12,744 nucleotides of DNA from Candidatus Eiseniibacteriota bacterium (lineage in GTDB: Bacteria; Eisenbacteria; RBG-16-71-46): contig JBGPFC010000059.1 in NCBI GenBank assembly GCA_041483195.1, forward strand, positions 1 to 12,744. The letters are read 5' to 3'. Below, piece after piece: positions 6,712-12,744 of this stretch. Under the pieces are notes generated by a model. It worked only from the letters and a program-made list of their open reading frames with translations, made no database searches and was not told where the DNA came from. Position 1 is the stretch's first letter; each line of letters begins with the position of its first letter. Made by a program: the position numbers and the translations under genes.

Positions 6712-8286
6712 CTACCGCTTCCACGCCTCCCGCACCACCGCCTCGATCAATCCCGGCAGCCGATCGAACGCGTATGGCGCATTCACGCGCTCGAACAACC
6801 CGTGCGCGTCGCGGCCCCATGGGCCGAGCGTCACCACGTCGAGATCGAGCGCCGCGGCGGCCGCGGCCGGCAACCGGTACTCGCGCCCCAGCGCGGGCAT
6901 GAAGCGCGCGACCGTCTCCGCCGGGTCCGCGCGCCACGCGAGGTAGGCCGCGTCGCTCACGTAGGGATAGAACGCGCGGAAGTCGAGCCCCTCGTGTTCG
7001 AGCACCGCCGCCGCCGCGCGCTCGAGCGCGCCGTCACGCGGCGCGGCCGCCGGATACCAGGGCGGAAGCAGGCTCAGCACCACGAGGGGCCCTGCGAGCT
7101 TCGCCGCGCGCGCGAGATGATTCAGCCGCTCGCGCAGCCGCTCGCGCGTGTCGCCAGAGCGCGGCCCATCGCCGAGCGGATCGGCGTCCGGCGCGAACCC
7201 CGCGCGCTCGAGCAGCTCGGGATACGTGAGCACGCGGCTCCGCGGATCGAACCCGCCGCGTGACGCCGCGGCGCGGCCCGCCCAGCGCGAGAGATCCGCC
7301 ATCGCGCGCGACCACTCGTCGAGCGCCTCGATCGCCACCTCGCGCAGCTGGTGCATGGTCTCGGCGAGCGGGCGCGCGAACGTGACCAGGTTGATCTCGG
7401 CCACCGCCTCGGCCGCGGTCTGCAGGTTGTAGCCGGACTTCAAGTCGCGCAGGCGCAGCGCCACGGCCGGCGCGCCGTGCAGATGCTCCCATCGATCGAC
7501 CAGCGCTCGCGAGCGCGTCGCGCGCGCGACCACCGCCGCCGCGAGCTGGATCGCGTCAACGCCATCGAGCGGGGCGGCCGCGTGGGTCGGCACGCCGAGC
7601 GCCCACACGTGCGCGAGGGCCTTGCCCATGACGCCGCTGTACGCGGACGGGCGCTCGACGTAATCGAGGTTGATCGCGCCCGCCAGCTCGAGCCCCTGCT
7701 CGGTCGCGAGGCGCGCGATCGCATCCACCGCCGCACGCATGCCGGCCGACTCGTGCTCCTCGTCGGGCGTGGCGACGAACAGCACGCCGCCCTCGAGCGC
7801 GTCGCGCTCGCGCGCGAGGCGATCGATCGCGGCCACGCCCGCCGCGAGGCCGCCCTTCATGTCGAGCGCACCGCGCCCGAACATCCAGGTGCCGGGCGTC
7901 TCGCGCTCCTCTTCGAGATCGCGGGCGAGCGCCTCGGGCTGGCTCGCGGCGTGCGCGGGATCGAGCAGCCACGCGCGCAGCGCGGAGCAGTCGAACGCGA
8001 GCGGCGCGTCCGCGCGGGAATCGATCGCCGCGAACTCGGAGACCCCGACCGTGTCGTAGTGCCCGAGCAGCAGCACGGTGCGAGGCGAGCGCCCGCGGAG
8101 ACTCGCATGCACGATCGGCCGCCCGTCCGCGGCCGGCCAGGTGCCGCGCTCGAGGCCTGCGGGCAGCGTATCGAGCAGTGCGCGAGCGCAACGCGCCTCG
8201 CCCTCCGGGTCTGGGCTCACGCTGGGAATCGCGACCAGGCGCTCGGCGAGCGAGCGAGCGGCGGCGGCCTGCGGGCTTTCGCGCAC
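6712..8286 (-). CDS. M20/M25/M40 metallohydrolase, RocB-like (about 524 aa)
   Basis: Metal-ligand motifs LLGHYDTV, WMFGRGALDMKGG, TPDEEHESAGM and GPWGRDAHGLFERV. RocB-type segments YSGVMGK, RDLKSGYNLQT and FYPYVSD. Start placed at GTG 8286; TTG 8325 is the alternative. Confidence 0.9.
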   Translation of the reverse strand: MRESPQAAAARSLAERLVAIPSVSPDPEGEARCARALLDTLPAGLERGTWPAADGRPIVHASLRGRSPRTVLLLGHYDTVGVSEFAAIDSRADAPLAFDCSALRAWLLDPAHAASQPEALARDLEEERETPGTWMFGRGALDMKGGLAAGVAAIDRLARERDALEGGVLFVATPDEEHESAGMRAAVDAIARLATEQGLELAGAINLDYVERPSAYSGVMGKALAHVWALGVPTHAAAPLDGVDAIQLAAAVVARATRSRALVDRWEHLHGAPAVALRLRDLKSGYNLQTAAEAVAEINLVTFARPLAETMHQLREVAIEALDEWSRAMADLSRWAGRAAASRGGFDPRSRVLTYPELLERAGFAPDADPLGDGPRSGDTRERLRERLNHLARAAKLAGPLVVLSLLPPWYPAAAPRDGALERAAAAVLEHEGLDFRAFYPYVSDAAYLAWRADPAETVARFMPALGREYRLPAAAAAALDLDVVTLGPWGRDAHGLFERVNAPYAFDRLPGLIEAVVREAWKR

Positions 8287-8452
8287 GCCGGCTACGCCCC
8301 GACCGCGAACCGGCGGTGGAGCCAATGCGAATTCAGCTCGAGGATGGAGTCCTCGCGGTGGAGTGAGGTTCGAGTTCAGCCTGCGTGAACGGGCGCCACG
8401 TTATCGCACCCGGGCCAGAACATATAACGCGTGCGGTCCACGAAGTTTGCGA

Positions 8453-8481
8453 TTGACCCACCGCCGGGGCACGTCTAGCGT
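8453..8481 (+). promoter_or_regulatory. Sigma70-type promoter facing the FG-GAP gene
   Basis: TTGACC (8453-8458), 17-bp spacer, TAGCGT (8476-8481). Predicted start site at about 8487-8488 (GGG). Confidence 0.65.
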
Positions 8482-8486
8482 CAATT

Positions 8487-8911
8487 GGGCCTACGTGGGG
8501 TCGTCCACTCTTGGGCCCGCCGTCGGGGTGTTCCACATCCCCGGCCGAGGACGGATCGGGTTCAATCTCCGCGAACGGCTGGATCGGACCATCCGGTCCA
8601 GGACTCGATGGGGCCAGGCGGAATCCCAACGAGTGAGGTCGCGATTCCGCCGGATCGCGACGCGCCGACCTCAGTCCGGCTCAGAAATCGATTGCATCGA
8701 GCGACAGGCATGCGCCGGGACGGTGCGAATCATATTCATTCCGTCCTCACGCGATCCCTCCCGCCGGCCGCAACCCCGACCGTGGGATTCGCCTGCCACG
8801 CTCCACATTCCCCGTGTGCTCCCGGGACTCGAGCCTCATTGAAGACGACGCGGATGCGAATCCGGAGGCATTCCCGTAGGGCCGCCGTTGGCTCGACAAC
8901 GAGGAGCACCC
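8487..8911 (+). other. Long hairpin-rich 5' leader or possible structured RNA
   Basis: No convincing ORF. Successive stems at 8487-8518, 8519-8579, 8579-8601, 8615-8628/8783-8795 (enclosing 8634-8673 and 8717-8747) and 8851-8864. No known RNA family recognised. Confidence 0.35.
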
Positions 8912-11900
8912 ATGCGTTCGAGATCGCGCCGTCGCGTCGCATCGCCCTTTGCGAGCTTCATTCGAAGTACGCGCGTTCCGAGCAGCCCCGCATTTGGAAC
9001 CATGAACGCGCGCGTCCTCGTCGCGGTGATCGCGGTCGCATTCTCATGCGCCGTGCATTGGCGCGACGCCCTGGCCCAGGGCTTTGGTGCCCCTACCGAC
9101 TTCGCGACCGGATCGTCGCCGACCTCGGTCGTGACCGGAGACCTGAACGGCGACGGCAAACCCGACCTGGTGTTGGCGAACAGGGCCTCCAATACGGTCT
9201 CGGTGCTGCTGGGTACAGGCGGCGGTAGCTTCGGTGGCAAGACCGACTTCGCGACCGGGGTCAATCCACAATCGGTAGCGATCGGAGACCTGAACGGCGA
9301 TGGCAAGCCCGACCTGGTAGCGGCGAACTTCAGCTCCGGCACGGTTTCGGTGCTGCTCGGGACCGGCACCGGCAGCTTCGGGGCCAAGACCGACTACGCG
9401 GTCGAGACCAGCCCGTACTCGGTGGCCATCGGCGACGTCAACAGCGATGGCAAACTGGACCTGGTGGTGGCGAACTCAGCCGCCCGCAGGATCTCGGTGC
9501 TAGTCGGCATTGGAAACGGCGACTTTCTTCCTGTGTCCGACTTCTCGATCAACACCGGGTTCCTTCCTTACTCCGTGGCGATCGGTGACCTCAACGGTGA
9601 TGGCAAGCCCGACCTGGCGGTGGCGAACAATGGCTCCAATACCGTTTCGGTGATGCTCGGGACCGGCGGCGGCAGCTTCGGGGCCAAGACCGACTTCGCG
9701 ACCGGGAGCGGTCCCTACTCAGTGGCGATCGGGGACCTGAGCGCGGATGGCAAGCCCGACCTCGCGGTGGCGAACCAGGGCGCCAGCACGATCTCGGTGC
9801 TGCTCGGCACCGGCGGCGGCAGTTTCGCACCGAAGACCGACTACTCGGTCACGTCCGATCCTTCCTCGGTGGCGATCGGAGACGTGAATGGCGACGGGAA
9901 GGCGGACCTGGTGACGGTCAACCTGGGCTGGACTACGGTCTCGGTGCTGCTCGGGACCGGAGGCGGCAGCTTCGGGGCGAACACCGAGTTCGCGGCCGGA
10001 CCCAATCCCTATTCGGTCGCGATCCGGGATCTCAACGGCGACGGCAAGCCCGACCTGGCGGTGGCCAATTTCGGCGCCAACACGGTTTCCGTGCTGCTCA
10101 ACACCTATTCTCCCCCGCCCCCACCGACGCCCACTCCGTTGATTTTCGGGAAGCTCGATTTCGCAACCGGGAGCGGTCCACAATCGGTGGCGATCGGCGA
10201 TCTCAACGTCGACGGCAAGCTCGACCTGGCGGTAACGAACTCCGGCGTCGGCACCGTCTCGGTGCTGCTCGGTACCGGCGGCGGCAGCTTCGGTGCGAAG
10301 ACCGACTTCGCGACCGGGTCCTCTCCCGGAACCAATCCTCAGTCCGTTGCGATCGGAGACCTGAACGGCGACGGCAAGCCCGACCTGGCTGTGGCGAACT
10401 TCGCCGTCAACACGGTCTCGGTGCTGCTCGGGACCGGGGGCGGCGGCTTCGGTCCGAGGACCGACTACACGACCGGAACGAATCCTCAATCGGTGGCGAT
10501 CGGGGACCTCAACGGCGACGGCCGGCTCGACCTCGCGGTCGCGAACAACGATTCCTGGACGATCTCGGTGTTCCTCGGCACCGGCGGCGGCAGCTTCGGC
10601 GCCAAGACCGACTTCGGGACCGGCATCGGCCCTCAATCGGTGGCGATCGGGGACCTCAACGGAGACGGCAAGCTCGATCTCGCGGTGGCGAATTCCAAGT
10701 TCGACAATACGGTCTCCGTATTCCTCGGGACCGGGACCGGCAGCTTCGGGGCCCGGACCAACTTCGTGACCGGGGGCGGTCCAATATCGGTGGCGATCGG
10801 GGACCTCAACAGTGACGGCAAGCTCGACCTGGCGGTGGCGTGCTCCGGCACCAGCACGATCGCAGTGTTCCTCGGAACTGGAACCGGCAGCTTCGGCGCG
10901 AAGACGGAATACGCTACCGGCACCACCCCGGGCTCGGTGGCGATCGGCGACCTGAACGGCGACGGCAGGCCCGACCTGGCGGCGTCGAACATTAGTTCCA
11001 ACACGGCCTCGGTCCTGCTCGGAACCGGCGGCGGCGGCTTCGGGGCGAAGACCGACTACGCGACCGGGACCATTCCCCGCACGGTCGCGATCGGGGACCT
11101 GAATCTCGATGGCCGTCCCGACCTGGCGATTGCGAATGGCACTGCCACCACGGTCTCGGCGCTGCTCAACGGCATCGACGCCACTCCGCCGACTGTGCAC
11201 GTGGTCTCGCCCAATGGCGGGGAGACGATCGACGAAGGCACGGTGACCAAGATTGCATGGACCGCGAGCGACGACCTCGGCGTGGATCACGTGGACCTCT
11301 ACTACTCGTTCAACAGTGGAGCGAGCTACACGCTCATCGCGTCGAGCCAGCCCAACAGCGGCACGTTCAACTGGTCGGTGCCTTCCATCCCAATCAATGA
11401 GAATGCTCGTGTGAGGGTCGTGGCGTTCGACGCCGCGAGCAATAGTGCCGCGGATGCGAGCGACGCCGACTTCACGATCTTGGATCAGGGCGTGCCGGTG
11501 GTCACGGTGGTCGCACCCAACGGCGGAGAGACGCTCGCCGAACAGGCAACCACCACCATCTCGTGGACGGCGAGCGACAATCTCGGCGTGGACCACGTGG
11601 ATATCTACTATTCGGTGGATGGTGGCTCCACCTTCCTCACGGTCGCCGAGTTCGAGGCGAACGATGGGAGCTACGTCTGGACCGTCCCCATCACGCCGAC
11701 GACGCGGGGACGGGTGCGGGTGGTGGCGGTCGATGCCGCCGGCAATGCCGCGGCGGACACGAGCGATGCAGACTTCACCATCGAGGACGAGGGCATGTTC
11801 GCAACCGAGGCCTTCCCCATCTCTGTGGCGATCGGGGACCTGAACCGCGACGGCAAAGCCGACCTGGCGGTGGGAAACATCGGCTCCAGCACGATCTCGA

Positions 11901-12631
11901 TTCTGCTCGCGACCGGTGGCGGGGGCTTCGGTCCCAAGACCGAGTTCGCAGCCGGGACAAGCCTCCAACACATAGCAATCGGGGACCTGAATGCGGACGG
12001 CATTCCCGATCTCGTGGCCGCGAACGGTGAACCTAGTACGGTCTCGGTGCTGCTCGGGACCGGCAGCGGCGGCTTCGGACCGAAGACCACCTTCACAACC
12101 GGAACCCAGCCCAGCTCGGTGGCGATCGGGGACCTCAACGCGGACGGCAAGCCGGACCTGGCGGTGGCGGACGGAAACTCCAACGCGATCTCCGTGCTGA
12201 TTGGTACCGGTACCGGCAGCTTCGGGGCCAAGACCGACTTCGCGGCGGGGACCACCCCCGTTTCAGTCGCGATCGCGGACTTCAACGCGGATGGAAAGCC
12301 AGACCTGGCGGTGGCGAATGCCGGCTTCGGGACGAACACGGTCTCGGTGTTGCTCGGAACCGGCGGCGGCGGCTTCGGAGTCAAGACCGACTTCGCGAGC
12401 GGGAACGGAGCCCGATTCCTCGCGGTCGGCGACTTCAATGGAGACGGCCGGCCCGATCTCGCGGTCGCGAACTACGGGGGCTTCTCGGTCTCCGTCCTGC
12501 TAGGTCTTGGCGACGGCGGCTTCGGGGCCAAGACCGATTTCGCAACCGGGATGGGGCCTCAGTCGATTGCAATCGGGGATCTGAATGGGGACGGCAAGCC
12601 CGACCTAGCCCGGATTATTCACAAGAAGTGA
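8912..12631 (+). CDS. Large secreted FG-GAP/VCBS-repeat beta-propeller protein with two Ig-like modules; C-terminus truncated by an insertion (possible pseudogene)
   Basis: GAGGAG SD at 8901-8906 before ATG 8912 (alternative ATG 9002). Signal peptide ends ALA-Q. There are 20 copies of (G/A/R)D(L/V/F)xxDGxxDL and two PNGGET...W.ASD.LGVDHVD...DF(T)I modules. The frame ends abruptly as PDLA-RIIHKK*. Confidence 0.92.
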   Translation: MRSRSRRRVASPFASFIRSTRVPSSPAFGTMNARVLVAVIAVAFSCAVHWRDALAQGFGAPTDFATGSSPTSVVTGDLNGDGKPDLVLANRASNTVSVLLGTGGGSFGGKTDFATGVNPQSVAIGDLNGDGKPDLVAANFSSGTVSVLLGTGTGSFGAKTDYAVETSPYSVAIGDVNSDGKLDLVVANSAARRISVLVGIGNGDFLPVSDFSINTGFLPYSVAIGDLNGDGKPDLAVANNGSNTVSVMLGTGGGSFGAKTDFATGSGPYSVAIGDLSADGKPDLAVANQGASTISVLLGTGGGSFAPKTDYSVTSDPSSVAIGDVNGDGKADLVTVNLGWTTVSVLLGTGGGSFGANTEFAAGPNPYSVAIRDLNGDGKPDLAVANFGANTVSVLLNTYSPPPPPTPTPLIFGKLDFATGSGPQSVAIGDLNVDGKLDLAVTNSGVGTVSVLLGTGGGSFGAKTDFATGSSPGTNPQSVAIGDLNGDGKPDLAVANFAVNTVSVLLGTGGGGFGPRTDYTTGTNPQSVAIGDLNGDGRLDLAVANNDSWTISVFLGTGGGSFGAKTDFGTGIGPQSVAIGDLNGDGKLDLAVANSKFDNTVSVFLGTGTGSFGARTNFVTGGGPISVAIGDLNSDGKLDLAVACSGTSTIAVFLGTGTGSFGAKTEYATGTTPGSVAIGDLNGDGRPDLAASNISSNTASVLLGTGGGGFGAKTDYATGTIPRTVAIGDLNLDGRPDLAIANGTATTVSALLNGIDATPPTVHVVSPNGGETIDEGTVTKIAWTASDDLGVDHVDLYYSFNSGASYTLIASSQPNSGTFNWSVPSIPINENARVRVVAFDAASNSAADASDADFTILDQGVPVVTVVAPNGGETLAEQATTTISWTASDNLGVDHVDIYYSVDGGSTFLTVAEFEANDGSYVWTVPITPTTRGRVRVVAVDAAGNAAADTSDADFTIEDEGMFATEAFPISVAIGDLNRDGKADLAVGNIGSSTISILLATGGGGFGPKTEFAAGTSLQHIAIGDLNADGIPDLVAANGEPSTVSVLLGTGSGGFGPKTTFTTGTQPSSVAIGDLNADGKPDLAVADGNSNAISVLIGTGTGSFGAKTDFAAGTTPVSVAIADFNADGKPDLAVANAGFGTNTVSVLLGTGGGGFGVKTDFASGNGARFLAVGDFNGDGRPDLAVANYGGFSVSVLLGLGDGGFGAKTDFATGMGPQSIAIGDLNGDGKPDLARIIHKK
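9077..12608 (+). repeat. Intragenic tandem ~150-bp FG-GAP-type repeats in blocks of 7, 7 and 6 (last one truncated)
   Basis: Recurrent DNA such as tcggtggcgatcggggacctcaacggcgacggcaagcccgacctggcggtggcgaac and ggcggcagcttcggggccaagaccgacttcgcgacc. Blocks lie at about 9077-10104, 10141-11170 and 11795-12608. Confidence 0.93.
11177..11782 (+). repeat. Two tandem ~100-aa Ig-like modules
   Basis: 11177-11479 and 11483-11782 share V.VV.PNGGET, W.ASD.LGVDHVD.YYS, RVRVVA.DAA.N and D.SDADFTI. Confidence 0.85.
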
Positions 12632-12744
12632 GGAACACGAAGACCTCCGTGTGGTAGAAAGCGGTTGTCGACGCCACTCTCTTCCACGGACGGAGGTCTT
12701 CGCGTGTCGCACTCTACCACGACACCCTGTGTACTGTTCCCGGA
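12609..12744 (+). mobile_element. Left end of an insertion sequence, probably IS1380 family (continues beyond the window)
   Basis: The repeat sequence stops at GACCTAG and switches to the more AT-rich CCCGGATTATTCACAAG, which resembles IS1380-type ends as I recall them. An internal inverted repeat, an SD and a new ORF start follow. The right end and target duplication are not visible. Confidence 0.72.
12704..12744 (+). CDS. Putative transposase N-terminus (IS1380-like), partial
   Basis: GGAGG at 12692-12696, then GTG at 12704 giving MSHSTTTPCVLFP(D/E). This resembles the 'T..CVLFP' starts I associate with IS1380 transposases. Only 13 codons are visible. Confidence 0.6.
   Translation, partial: MSHSTTTPCVLFP

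Noticed and set aside
8320..8395. tRNA-like GGTTCGAGT preceded by the hairpin CGAGGA-TGGAG-TCCTCG (also GGTTCAATC near 8559)
   Set aside because: I could not build an acceptor stem, D-arm or 7-nt anticodon loop, and the T-stem does not close properly.
8333..8842. Small ORFs in the intergenic region (8333..8629 minus, 8078..8842 plus, 8485..9228 plus)
   Set aside because: They have no SD, are Pro/Arg/Ser-rich, lack the codon bias of the real genes, and some overlap neighbouring genes. A short leader peptide cannot be fully excluded.
9719..12438. Minus-strand ORFs 9719..11971 (750 aa) and 11671..12438
   Set aside because: They are antisense mirrors of the FG-GAP repeats, and their periodicity simply reflects the plus-strand gene.
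9077..12608. CRISPR-like array or diversity-generating-retroelement repeats
   Set aside because: The repeats are in-frame ~150-bp coding units with synonymous variation. There are no constant repeats with unique spacers, no cas or reverse transcriptase gene in the window, and no adenine-specific template/variable pair was seen.
12638..12702. Intrinsic terminator for the FG-GAP gene
   Set aside because: No U-tract follows the stem, and its 3' arm contains an SD correctly spaced from a GTG start. RBS sequestration inside an IS explains it better.

Overview
GC-rich bacterial window with four parts. (1) Minus strand, 1-3919: the front of an F1Fo ATP synthase operon, ordered gene-1 (AtpZ/AtpI family), subunit a, c, b, delta, alpha (partial). 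It has a sigma70-type promoter and a probable Rex operator. Subunit a appears fused in frame to an N-terminal AtpI-like membrane domain. (2) Plus strand, divergent: a NudB-like NUDIX hydrolase and yajQ. (3) Minus strand: a RocB-like M20 metallohydrolase, an unknown membrane-anchored protein and a secreted phosphodiester-glycosidase (NAGPA-like) protein with an altered signature motif. (4) Plus strand: a good sigma70 promoter, a ~425-nt hairpin-rich leader, and a large secreted FG-GAP/VCBS repeat protein (7+7 repeats, two Ig-like modules, then a third repeat block). That gene is cut off in its 20th repeat at a CTAG by what looks like the left end of an IS1380-family element, whose transposase RBS lies inside a 13-bp stem. 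All calls come from reading motifs by eye; no searches were run.
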